A stretch of DNA of 64,000 bases from Trichodelitschia bisporula (taxonomy: Eukaryota): contig ML996690.1 in assembly GCA_010356995.1 (NCBI GenBank), positions 79,101 to 143,100 on the forward strand, given 5' to 3'. Positions 25,414 to 37,507 of the stretch are shown in pieces. The position numbers and the translations under genes are program-made. The notes beneath the pieces were generated by a model. The model worked only from the letters and a program-made list of their open reading frames with translations, made no database searches and was not told where the DNA came from. Within the stretch, counting starts at the first letter, position 1. Each line of letters opens with the position of its first letter.

Positions 25414-26453
25414 ATGCGAAGAAAGGAGCTTTATCTCAAGATCGGCCAGCGGACATCCAGATTCCCGAATCGGGGAGATGTTAGAATTCTGTCAAGCCTC
25501 ACGGGACTCTCTCACCTTGTCTTTCTCATGATTGTGAAGAAGGAGAGCACTCCAACGAAAAGGCAAGCATTCCCGGTCGATCTCCACTCCTATGTTTTCG
25601 CGCTGGGTGCTGGCAGAAAGCTGGAAGAAGCTGCCAGCCCGAAATCCAGTCATGAGTAGGAGAGCCGAAGCGGTATGCTCTGCAAGCGCTCCGAATGGAA
25701 GGCCGACTTTCCGAGTTTCGGCCCGGACGTCGGATCGACATCGGACGATCGTATTCACGAGCCGGTAAGCTACCGGAATCGAGCCCGGCGGGAAGAGGAT
25801 CGGCAGACCGGGGTGGTGAGGAAGTTTGAAGCTTGCATGGCGTCTTGTGGCGTGGTTCGCCAAAGCTGTGCCGTCACCATCCATTTCTTCACGGCCAACT
25901 TGACGCTCTACCATTGGGTGGAGTATTATTATTCGCATCCTAAGAGATGATATTACTTTTCAACCTCAGCATCCTCCAGAGGTGAGGGAAAGAAGTAGAG
26001 TTAAACACGTTCCAGATTCACGATGCCCCAAGGCCCGCACCCCGCCACTCCTGCCAACGGGAACCCCTCAACCCCGCACTCAATGCAATGATTGGCAAGC
26101 AGCTGACACGGCAAACACTTCAGAAACAGACAAGAATACGCAAAGATTGAGCAGGCAGCAACACACCAAGGCTGCCTACGTAACCGACAGGCATCTGATT
26201 GGCCGGAGCTGTGGCGCGGCTAGGGCAACCCCCGCGTTCGGAGCTTAGCAACATGCGTCATTGTATCACGGGCCACGGCTTGCGGGTGGGGAAGGCTCCG
26301 TTTCAGCTTCCAAGGTTGGGAAGGGGCGGGTAAGTGCTGTAGGCTGAGGACTTTAAACTGCGGGGCTTGCTTGTCATCAGCTTCAACCTCACTTCTTCAT
26401 CTCTCAACCTCTAGCATCCAGCAACAGAGACACTGAATTGATCTGTCATTGCC

Positions 26454-27580
26454 ATGATGATCGTCCCTACTGCCGAGATGTTCATGAAGACGTCGACGCT
26501 GCTCGTACCCACGGCGACGTCGACCCATCATGCGTCTGACACCGCCTTCCCGACTGTCATACCCGATCTGCCTATTTTCGAGCATGCTGGCACCACCGGA
26601 TACCGCACGCTCTGGTAAATACGCCCATCAACGTTGCCATTGGGAAGGCTGACAGTTTAGGGCGGTCTTCGTGCTCCTAGTCCTCTCGTCAGCCGCCTTC
26701 GCCGGGCTGTCCTGGAACGTTCCTGTGGTAAGTGCAACCGCCAGCACGCATCTCCGAACAAGCTGACAGACACCAGTCAAAACGTTACCTTCATGTTCTG
26801 ACCACCACCGCCACCCTGACCTCTGCTCTCGCGTACTTTGGCCTCGCCACGAAGCAGGGCATCACTTGGCACGTCTACCGCGTGGTCGTCCATAATGAGC
26901 ACGTCCCGAACACGGTGCAGCACTTTGTGCGGCCCATCGCTTGGGCGCACTATGTCGACTGGCTCATTACCGGCCCGCTGCTGCTGGCCCAGGTTTCGTT
27001 CCTGGCAGGCTTGGACGGTGCCCACACTCTGATCACGATTGCGGCCAACACAATCTTTGTGCTTGGTGGGCTCTTCTCGGCATTTGCGACTGGCCATAAG
27101 GGCGCCCAATGGGGATGGTAAGTATTCATCTCTCCAGTTTGATGTGTAAAGCTGATTAGCAGGTACACGATCTCCGCCATCGCCTATTTCGTCGTCCTCT
27201 GGCAGCTCTTTGTCAACGGACGCGCCCACGCTGCGGCACAGGGCAATACAGTCAGCCGCTTCTTTTTGTCGGTGGCCATTTACACATCGCTTGTGTGGGC
27301 GGCGTACCCGATGTAAGTCTCTCCTGACCATCATTCTTCCTTTGCTAAAATGAGAAACAGCATCTGGGCTCTCAGCACTGGCACCCGTGTTCTCTCCGTT
27401 AATCACGAGATTATCGCCTATGCAGTGTTGGACTTGCTCGCGAAGCCCATTTTCGGCGCCTGGCTGCTCACGACATACTCGAAGGTACCGGAGATCCAGG
27501 CTGGCCTGGGAGGATTCTGGTCGCGGGGTTTGGATGCCGAGGGCAGGATCCGCATTGCGGACGATGAGGATGGTGCGTAA
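26454..27580 (+). CDS. Fungal microbial-type opsin (NOP-1/OpsA-like), 5 exons
   Basis: Seven-TM spliced product. Helix C WAHYVDWLITGPLLLAQV, helix F LVWAAYPIIW, helix G EIIAYAVLDLLAKPIFG with the retinal-binding Lys; C-terminal GRIRIADDEDGA. Confidence 0.92.
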
Positions 27581-29221
27581 AGGCGTGTCGATGACCTGAA
27601 CATCGCTTGCCCAGCCCGACAACACCAACCAAGGTGACAATGGACTATCAAAAGTGAGCAGGGTGATGTGAAGAGATAATGGCAGTGAAGTATTGCTTTA
27701 CAGGAGGGAGAAGAGTACGATGCTATGGGTATGTTCTATGAAATTGACGGCAAAGCACATGGCTTGCATTTTACGGTCTTTAGCACACTAGGTTAGCATA
27801 TCAGGATTCAAGGCGCAATTGATTTCCATATTTTCTTTTGTTGCAGCCGTGAATATGGATATGCTCTAGTGGTGATCGTCAACGCTGATGCCATGTTGCG
27901 GCGGCAATGGTGTCATTTCAAGCCTCAATTGGTACGCATTGCGTGACGTCACGACTCTCGCAGCCTCATACTGGACGCTTGGCGTGGGTTAGGTGTTACC
28001 GATGGCTAGCATTAGCGGCGCGGCGTGGTGAGGGTGGTCGAGCTTGTCCAATTATGTGCTGCGCTCCTCCCTCTATGTATTTCGGAGTAGAAACGATAAG
28101 TGCTGAGTACACCGATGAGCCTCTGAGCTCAGACTATCAAAGGGATTCTTAAAGTAGGTGAGGAAGAGAGCATTGTGAGGGTAAGGATCAAGCGGCATGA
28201 CTGATAAGGGTGAGAAACAGGTTCTTTCGACGATAGGGTGAGTGTATGCACAGATGTGCTTAGATATAGAGAGCAGGTACTAGGGGCTTGTTACTGCATG
28301 ATGCGGGTGGGAGATCTCGGGATGTTTGTGCGGGATTATCCTCGCTGTATAGATTCTTGACCAATGGATTTTGGCACCGTTTCCTTTGATAAGCCTGCTT
28401 TCTGGCGGACGGAATATGGACTTTGTAGAGTGAGTTGAGCTCGTGCGTAAGAGGGTCAATCCCGGACTATGAGTTTTTGTACTCAATAGCAAGCGGGCTA
28501 GATACACCATCGAGTTTTCCTCCATGAGGGGTTGGTGTTGAAAGGAATTCGGTTCAACCACAATATGGCTCATCAGTATGAAGGGTGCATAAATTGTATG
28601 ACTTTGAGGCCTGTTGTGCTTCCTAGAATGAGTATTGCAGCGATGTGTTCCTGTCGTGTTTCTCAGTTTAATGGCTTCGTAATGACCATGCCAGCTGTGT
28701 GCCTCGATAATCTCAGCCGTTCATCGCATTCTGCACCCAGCCGCATGCGACGTCCCGACCTAGCCAAAAGGCAAGGCCTGAATTGTTCGTACCAGGCCCC
28801 ATTCGAGGAGAACTGCGGCATATGGAGTCATGATTTAAGCAACATTGGTCTGCAGGAGCTGGTGGTAGTAGCCCATTCGCCCATGAGCATGGGAAGATCC
28901 CAAAAACCAAGACAAAGCCTAGAGGCTCGACAGAAGGGAATCCATACGAGTATGTCCGTCGCATGGGGGTAGCAAAAACTGACAACTCCTATACTTCAGC
29001 ACCGGGAAGCGACGAAATGCGATACTAGCCGGTGGATTGCTATGGTACTACAGAAGTACCGGCAAAACCGGTCGTATCAGCCGTTCATCATGTCCGCCAG
29101 TATCGCAAGCCGACCTCTCTGGCCGTCCTGAGGATAGCTTGGGGCGATGAACCTTGTAGGCGTGGGTAGTCCTCCAGATATGCAGAGCCCGGGTACCAGA
29201 TACTCGACCCATCCCCCATCC

Positions 29222-29623
29222 TCAAGCCACCGTAACATACGCCACCATCGCCTTAACCGCATCTCCATCATGCGCCTTCAACAACTCCGTCGCCTTGCCC
29301 TTCGCCATCTCCAACTGATCAACCTGCATCATCAGCCGAAAGTCCCCCCCAACACACGCCCTACTCACCAGCAGCGCAACATCGCCCGCCTCAATCTTAA
29401 CCTTCTTGCTCGCCGCCTCCGCCTTCTTCCCCCCAACATCCAGCTTCTTCATCGCCTGCCCCAAAGCCTCGGAGTCGACATCGCGGTCCTCGTCCGCGTC
29501 TGCGCGGTCCAGGTTGCTGAGTGCTTCGGCGGCTTTGCGGTCTTCGGCGTTGGTGGGGAGGGGAGGGTCGCCTGTTGCGTCGGCGCCTTCGGTTATGGTT
29601 GCGGGCTGCGGTTCTTCGGCCAT
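29222..29623 (-). CDS. HYPK-like protein (UBA-like C-terminus), one probable in-frame intron
   Basis: AEDRKAAEALSNLD, KVKIEAGDVALL, VDQLEM.K.KATELLKAHDGDAVKAM. Confidence 0.85.
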   Translation of the reverse strand: MAEEPQPATITEGADATGDPPLPTNAEDRKAAEALSNLDRADADEDRDVDSEALGQAMKKLDVGGKKAEAASKKVKIEAGDVALLVSRACVGGDFRLMMQVDQLEMAKGKATELLKAHDGDAVKAMVAYVTVA

Positions 29624-30239
29624 GGTGGGTAGGAGAGGGCGGGGGCCGTTCTAAGTGCTGTAAGTTGAGGTCGGGAAAGGACTCGAGACTTGCGGGAGAG
29701 CGCGAGGGATCCGTGTTGGAGAGATCCTTGCGTGTGGCGCAGTGGTTGTGCGTGGCGAATGAGCCACAGCTAGTGCAGGTGGGCTTTGTTGACCACCTGA
29801 TGATGTATCCTTCATGCGGAAAAGTGACGTTCGGTAACGTCGAGAGATTCAGGTGATTCGATAAACGTCGCCATTTTGACTGCGGACTGGAGAGCTCAAT
29901 TGTTGAAATTGCCATCGTGTAAGTCACTCCCGGTGCTCCTCCTGCTGCGAGTGTGTGTTTGGCCGTCGCCGAGATCCAGTCATCGCGACTTTTTTTTCAT
30001 GTGCTTCGTGACTGCGAATTGATGAGACGACTTTGGGTACTCATATTCGCTTCGGCTACTGTGTTGCTTGGGCTTGATCAGTAGACTTCCAAATTGCTTT
30101 CACTTCCCTAAACACTCCCCCCCCCTCCCCACAACGGGTAAACACCACAAGTGCGACCCTACAGCTTCATACGTTGTACAACCAATTCAGACAGCCATCT
30201 AACTTCTACAGTTCGAGAAATCCCACGAATACCGCCAAC

Positions 30240-31755
30240 ATGGCTCCTCCACCCAACACGCCCCAATCGGTCCCAATAACCCCACCCGAAGACTGGACTC
30301 CCTCATGTACGCCCCCCCATCGTCCTCCCTTCGCATCTAACCCCCCCCAGCCTGGCGCACCAAACCCCTCCACCAAGCCGTCCTCTACCCCGAACCCACC
30401 GCCCTCCCCCCCGTAACCGCCAAACTCACCTCCCTGCCTCCCCTGGTAACCCCCCACGAAATCACCCGCCTAAAAGCGCACCTCCGCGCCGCCGCCGAAG
30501 GCCAGGCCTTCCTCCTCCAAGGCGGCGACTGCGCCGAACTCTTCAGCTACTGCACCCCCGCAGCAATCGACGCCAAAATCAAGCTCCTCCTCCAAATGTC
30601 CCTCGTCCTCATCTGGGGCATGAACAAGCCCGTCGTCCGCGTCGCCCGCATCGCAGGCCAGTACGCCAAGCCGCGGTCCAGCCCGAACGAGACCCTGCCG
30701 GATGGCACCTCTGTCCCGTCTTTCCGCGGCGATGTGCTCAATGGGTATGAGCCGGCGGATCGCGCGCTTGACCCCAACCGTCTCGTGCAGGCGTATTTTC
30801 ACTCTGCGGCTACGCTGAATTATATGCGGGCGCAGATTGCGTCGGGGGTGGCGGATTTACATCGCCCGTTGGAGTGGGATCTCGGGCATGTAAGAGATGA
30901 GGAGCTGAATAAGAGGTATGGTGCTATTGTGAGCAGCATCACGGAGAGCTTGCGCTTCATGGCGACGATTGGTGCGGATGCGCCGGCTGGGCCGCTGCGT
31001 ACCGTTGAGTTGTTTTCCAGCCACGAGGGGCTGGTGCTCGAGTACGAAGAGGCGCTGACGCGGCGACTGCGGGTCCCACCTGCAGAGGGGGAATTCGTGG
31101 GCGGTGCGGCTCAAGAGGCCTGGTTCGCGACGAGCGGGCATATGATTTGGATAGGGGACCGGACGCGCCAGTTGGACGGCGGACATGTAGAGTTTTTCCG
31201 CGGGATTGCGAATCCGATCGGCGTGAAGGTGGGGCCGAGCATGAAGGCGCCCGAACTGGTGCGGCTGTTGGATGTTGTGAACCCGGGGCGGGAGGTGGGG
31301 AAGGTGGTGCTCATTACGCGGTATGGGGCTGGGAAGGTGGAGGAGTTGCTGGGGGGGCATATTGAGGCGGTGAAGGGGAGTGGGCATCGGGTTGTTTGGC
31401 AGTGTGATCCGATGCATGGGTGCGTTTTTGTGTGTGGCCCCTTTTGGACGAAGGCTAATGGGACAGGAATACGCAAACGACGTCTACGGGCATCAAGACT
31501 CGTGCGTTCAGCGATATCTTCAGCGAGCTTTCGTCCGCGCTTCGCATCCACCGCGCACATGGCTCTTTCCTCGGCGGCGTGCACCTCGAGTTAACCGGCG
31601 ATGCGGTGACGGAGTGCATTGGGGGTAGCGAAGGGCTGGAGGAGGAGGATCTGAGCCTCAACTACACGACGTATTGCGACCCGCGCCTGAACGAGAAGCA
31701 AGCTCTCGAGCTCGCATTCCTGATCGCAGGCCACTATCGCGGCGAGGTTGCCTAA
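30240..31755 (+). CDS. Class II DAHP synthase (3-deoxy-7-phosphoheptulonate synthase), 3 exons
   Basis: FLLQGGDCAELF, RIAGQYAKPRS, WIGDRTRQLDG, NPIGVKVGP, WQCDPMHGN, GGVHLELTG, YCDPRLN. Confidence 0.95.
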
Positions 31756-31813
31756 GTACAATGTGTTTGCTAGCTAAAAGTACCTGCCTTTATATGCTGT
31801 TTCTGTTGTCTTC

Positions 31814-33484
31814 TTACCTGCCCTGTAGCTCCCCTAACCCCCCCATTGTCACCGTCTTGACCGTCACAAACTCGTCAATCCCGTACTTGCTCCCCTCGCG
31901 CCCGAACCCGCTCTGCTTCACGCCACCAAACGGCGCCGCAGCGTCGCTAATCAGCCCGGTATTCACCCCCACCATCCCCACCTCCAGCGCCTCCGCAACC
32001 CGGAAAATGCGTCCAACATCCCGACTAAAGAAATACCCAGCCAGGCCCACCTCTGACGCATTCGCCAAATCCACGACCTCAGCCTCAGTGTCAAACGGGA
32101 ACAGCCCCGCCACCGGCCCGAACGTCTCCTCGTGCGCCAGCTGCATATCCTTGCTCATATCGCGCAGGACAGTGAGCTCGAAGAAGTTGCTCCCCAGATC
32201 CGGGAGCTTCTGCCCTCCGGCCAGGAGTTTGGCGCCCTTGTCCACTGCGTCCTTGACGTGGGCTTCTACCTTTCCAATCGCGCGTTCGTGGATGACGGGT
32301 CCGTGGGTGACGCCTTTGTCCCAGCCGTAGCCGACCTTGAACGCCTTCACCTTCTCGGCGAAAGCGTCAGCGAACTTGTCGTAAATCCCACGTTGGACGT
32401 AGATCCGGTTCGCACAAACGCAGGTTTGGCCCGAGGAGCGGAATTTGCTTGCCACCGCGCCGGCAACAGCCGCATCGAGATCCGCGTCGTCGAAGACGAT
32501 AAAGGGCGCGTTTCCGCCCAACTCAAAGGAGACCTTTTTCACGGTGTCTGAGGAGTTGCGCATCAGAAGCTTGCCCACTCGTGTGCTGCCAGTGAAGCTG
32601 ATCTTGCGCACTGTCTCGGAGGCCGTTAGCGTGTTACCGATTTCCTCGGTGTTGGCGAGACCGGTTACGAAGTTAACGACGCCGGGTGGGATACCTGCGC
32701 GGTGACCGAGCTCAGCGATCGCGGCGGCTGTGAGTGGTGTCTCGCCAGGCGATTTCGCGACGACGGTGCATCCAGCAGCAAGCGCAGGGCCAATCTTGCG
32801 CGTGATCATGGCGGCGGGAAAGTTCCACGGCGTGATAAAGCCACACACACCCACGGGCTGCTTCCACGTAAACACCCTGTTCCCTGGAATACTCGCGGGA
32901 ATCGTGTCGCCATAAAGCCGCGGCGCCTCCTCCGCGAACCACTCGAAAAAGCCGGCCGCGTAAGCGACTTCACCCTTCGCGTCCGCGAGTGGCTTCCCGT
33001 TCTCCCATGTAATCAGCTTCGCGAGGTCTTCTTGGTTTTCCATCATGAGCTGGAACCACTTGTGCAGGAGGCGGGAGCGCTCGCGACCTGTCATGGCGCG
33101 GAATGAGGGGAGGGCGGCGGCGGCGGCGGCGATGGCGGACTCGGTCTCCGCTTTTGACATTTCGGGCATGGTACCGATGAGCTTATGTGTGGCGGGGTCT
33201 GCAATGTTAGAGGCCGCTAGTCAAGCAGGAAGGGAGGCGGACCCTTGATCTCGAAGGTTTGGCCGGACTCGGCGTCGGTCCATTTTCCGTTGATGTATGC
33301 TTGCGATTTGAGCAGCGACTTGTCGCTGAGCTAGTGCGGTTAGACTGGGTCACTTGAGAGAGAATTGGGCGCGCACGGGTGGGATACTGCGAGACATGGC
33401 GAAGGTGCGTGTTACTGTGCGCGTGAGGGCGGCGGGATGTGAGACGAAAGCTCGCGCACGGGAAATGCGGAGGAGAGAAGCCAT
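31814..33484 (-). CDS. UGA2: Succinate-semialdehyde dehydrogenase (NAD(P)+), with predicted mitochondrial presequence
   Basis: ITPWNFPAAMITRK, SFTGST, ELGGNAP, SGQTCVC, EETFGP, PFGGVKQSGFGREGS; in-frame ATGs at 33484 and 33397; two 5' introns. Confidence 0.9.
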
Positions 33485-34061
33485 TGCGCGGGCGAAGGGG
33501 ATTTATGACTTCACACTTCGCAGATAAGGTTAACGATTGCGGGGTAAGAGCAATTGAGTGGTGGGCGGGACGGGAAAGAAGTGTGGGCGGTTTGATCTGT
33601 GAATGGTGATAATGCGGGGAGGAGGGTGGAGTGATGACGTTGTGGAGCTTTTGAGCCTTGTGGCGCAGGTCCGGGGTAAGCCGGTGGCTCATGGGACTAC
33701 GGTTCGGTACATTCGAGGTCATGCACGTTGGTACGGAATAATAAATCACCGTTGCATGTGCAGCAATCTCATATACTGCATGTTCAAACATTCCCAACCC
33801 TCGATGCATCTCCCCGCGATCGCTCCGCTCCGCATACAGCGCATGCTCGCCTGAATGCGACATGTCATATGTACTACCGCAACGCCAGCCTCGCCCAAGT
33901 TCTCCTGCCATCCTACAACCTGCGCACCAGCCAACCGTTGCGTAGAAACGCTCAATAGGCTTTCGACCGGACGCTTGCGGCACACGGGATCTTACGCGAG
34001 CGCTCGAGGCAGCAAGAGAGACAAAGGAATTCGCTGCGATGATTATACCATGACGCATCCC

Positions 34062-35795
34062 TTACCCGTACACATCCCCTTCCCCGACCATAATCCAATC
34101 GGTATCCGAGGAGGTAGTCGCGCTGCCGCTTGAGCCCTCACTGATCTCTGCATCCTCGGAGTCTGTACTAGACCCTTTCTCGTCGCTTAACGCAGCAGTT
34201 GGCGCCGTCCCCGCCCGCGGTCGATGGGGATCCAGCCGTACAAAGAACAACCACCGCTGCAGCTTGCTCTTGTTCTCGTGTACTGGAAACTCGTCGATCA
34301 GGCGAAATATCAAGGTGGGCTTCTTGCTCCCGCCGTCGTCCTTGGTCCCAGCTTGCCAGGAGTCGTACAGTAGCGTTGCCTCGACCACGCGGACCCGGTC
34401 GGGGGTGAGATTGATGACGATGGCCTGGTGGAAAAAGCTAATATTACCGTAGAGGTAGAGTATCGTGGGGAAAGGGCTCGCTATACCGTAGTATCGTCGC
34501 ATATTAGAACCGTCTTCTTGAACCTCTCCAAAGTCTCGTTTATTCTGCTCGCTAGCGATGTAGTCCCGGATAGGGGCCTCCCACCTCAACTGATGCGACG
34601 TCAGATGACTGACGGCGCCTATTTCGCCGACGTAGAGACCGTCGTTTTCCTCCTCTACGTCACCGGATATACCAGCCACGCTCTGGCTGGGAAGCCCGGC
34701 AGGTTGAAGGGACATGTGGCCCATCTGCCGATTGAGGTCTGCAACCTCACAGCCTGAGACACAGGGGACTGTAACGACCAAGGCTCCCATTATGTCGGAT
34801 GGTATAGGCGATTCCTCGGCCGGACAGGACTCGACAATAAGGCGGCAGGTCCAGTGACACTCTAAGGTCTTTTTGTTCCATCTTTCGTAGAGGTCTCGAT
34901 ATAGAAGGGTATAGAGGTCGGGGTAGTCGACCTCGTCCGGTTCACTGCCAGTGATACATGAATGGTTACTACGGCATCAGGCCTATTAAAGGTCAATCTG
35001 CAGGGGTCTCGTGGCGGGCAAGGCAGTATTGGCTTGCTAAAAGCCAATGGTGGATTCAACACCACTTTTTCCATCAGCCCCGGAAAGTCATTGCTACCCT
35101 ATCACAGTTCAAGACACCTCTGCCGATTGACCTTTAATAGGCCTGATACCGTAGTCGAATTGTTAACCATCAATGTAGAAAGTATGTTGCACTCACCAAA
35201 TGGGATCTGGCACTCGCTGCGAAATTTTATGAATTCTCAAAGTCTCGTGATGTCGCACTCGACAAGGGATGTGATCGAGCATATCATCGTACTCCCTGAA
35301 GATATATCGGGCAGCCTTGAGGAAAATAATGGCTAACGTTGTCCATATCCTGGGCCTTTGTTGCGACGGCATCCTGCCACGTCAAAAACTCTTGATACTG
35401 ACGATCTTCGAAGGCGGGTGGCTTGGCCAGCAGAGCGAAGAAGTCCTCGTCGAGGGGTCGAACTGTGCCTCTATTAATGCTTCGCTCGAAGTGGATCTGG
35501 AGGCTGCATTTTCCCACTGTCTCAGCAACATCTCGCACCCGCTGCAGAGGAATGGGCCGCCCGGAGCATCGAACTAGAGGCGCTTGGTGCTCCTTGTTCG
35601 AGCTGACGCGACACCTAGAGGTGGTGCTGAGGTCTTCCAATTCCCCTTGACAAACGGGCCGTCCGAGGCATCAAAGAAAGGTTAGAGGCGCTTGGTCTTG
35701 TCTGAGTTGATACGACACGCGAAGGTACTGCCGAGCGCTTCAAATGCATGCAAAGCGTCTCGGGCGGCCGTCTCCCAAAATTCGATCGATGCCAT
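34062..35795 (-). pseudogene. Decayed gene of an uncharacterised fungal family, copy B (paralogue of 17142-18592)
   Basis: Collinear with copy A, including ~50 bp upstream of the ATG. It has an internal ~120-bp tandem duplication near the 5' end with a frameshift and stop, and a MITE in an intron. Confidence 0.75.
34969..35154. mobile_element. 186-bp MITE with ~35-bp terminal inverted repeats, probable TA target site
   Basis: Left end ctacggcatcaggcctattaaaggtcaatctgcag matches the reverse complement of the right end with 2 mismatches in 35 nt. Flanked by TA (34967-8) and TC (35155-6). Absent from the paralogous site near 18085. Confidence 0.88.
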
Positions 35796-36561
35796 TGCTG
35801 ATGGAAGGTGGTGTGTCGTGAAGAAGAGAACTGGAAGGTATAATTAGTTTATCTCGGTGATAAAAGGTACCGTGGGTACGTTGTTAGTACCGTAAGCAGG
35901 TAGTAGAAATGCGAATTGATTGGTTAAGCACGCCCAGGCCTCGTCATGCTAAGCGTGCTTTGAACACTTGACTACGTACCTCACGGTACTCCACCCGCCG
36001 ACGTCCGCCCATGGGCAAGCACGGGCGGGCAGGTTAAAGCTTCTGCCTGATCTTAATCTACCCGTCCGCGCCCCCCCCGCCGCCGGGCGTCGCCCAGCGG
36101 GCCGAGAAAACAAAGTTCACGGCCGGGTTGACAGGTCTAGCCAAACCCTCGCAATACCGCTACTGCCCGTGTATGATGTACAACAAGGCTCACTGGCACG
36201 TGTATACAATATGGTGATTGTGAAAGAGTTGATGAAAGACGAGGAGATGAAGAGAGTCAGAGACTCTCGAGGTTTAAATACACGATGCCAGGTATCCTCC
36301 TCTGCTCCTTCCTCCATCATACTCGCATTACATCATGTCTGTGCTTGCATAAGAATGCTCCTTCCATAACCACATCAGCGTACCATTCTTATATCCAAAG
36401 CCAGCAACATATGCTGCTTCAAACGCGTTGGATACATACCTTTGGAAAAGCCGCCTTTTGTCTAGCACGGAGAATCTGGTCATCCGGCTTGTTTGCGTGT
36501 ATAACCTTATGTACAAAGCAGGCCCAGAAGTGCCCATCAAATTCGGACCAGATGTGTCATC

Positions 36562-36646
36562 GGGCGCATGTTCTAGCGGTATGATTTTCGCTTCGCATTC
36601 GTTGCGGATATGTGAAAGGTCCGGGGTTCAATTCCCCGTGTGTCCA
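36562..36646 (+). tRNA. tRNA-Ala (anticodon CGC) with ~13-nt intron
   Basis: Acceptor stem GGGCGCA/TGTGTCC with G3:U70; anticodon stem TTCGC/GTGAA; T-loop GGTTCAATTCC; T6 terminator downstream. Confidence 0.93.
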
Positions 36647-37507
36647 GCTTTTTTGCCGCCTTTGTCGAAAGACGAGAATGTGAAGCTAGCCCTGAGAGGG
36701 CGAGGCTGGTGGTGATTTCTTTTTACTATGGTGTGGCGTGGGGAGAGGAATGGGCGATATCACCGGGTAGTTAGTGGGGCAGATTGACGACGTTTTTTTG
36801 ATGCCGCCCGACCACACAGAACCGAGCAAAGTGTATTTGAGAGATCGAAGCGGATAGCATAGGCATTATCTTGATGATGTCATGGTGGGAGACTGGGTGG
36901 TATCGCGGTGCGTTGTGCGCAGCTTACGAGGCAGGTGGACACTCTTTTTGACATCGCGAGAACGTACACAGCGAGCAAAGCACTCCATCCAAGAAACCGA
37001 AACAGCTAGCATAGACACTCCTCACCACCCTCAGCATCATCACAGCAGCCCTCACAACGCTCACAACCACTCAATTGACTCACAAAAAAAAACCCCGCTC
37101 AACGCCCACAATGCGAAAATCCCCAACCCGCAGACACAACCAGCAGGTAAACGAGCGACACCCAGCAGCCCCTCACCCTCTCCACAACAGACAGACAAAA
37201 AAAAAGATACGGCGACAAGCCAGCCCATTTTTCCTCCCCGTCCCCAGCTTTCGCTTCCACAACAACAACAGCACAACCCAACGTCCAGCGCTGACCCCAG
37301 CCTGCAAAAAGCACACACTATTACACTATATCATATGTCCCGCTGAAACCCACACCCGATGCGCTGAAGAAGGAATGCAGGATGGGGCCACAATACACCG
37401 GTCCGCTGGAAAACCATAGACTTAGGAAAAAGATCTCAAGTGATGGTCACCCCGCTCAGTCCCATTACAAACAACCGCCACACTACTCCTCACGCTCCAC
37501 CACCCCA

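Noticed and set aside
28280..28985. Short ORFs in the opsin-HYPK intergenic region
   Set aside because: No motifs, no consistent splice structure and atypical codon pattern.
30240..33484. Secondary-metabolite cluster around the class II DAHP synthase
   Set aside because: No PKS, NRPS, terpene synthase or tailoring genes nearby; the neighbours are housekeeping genes.
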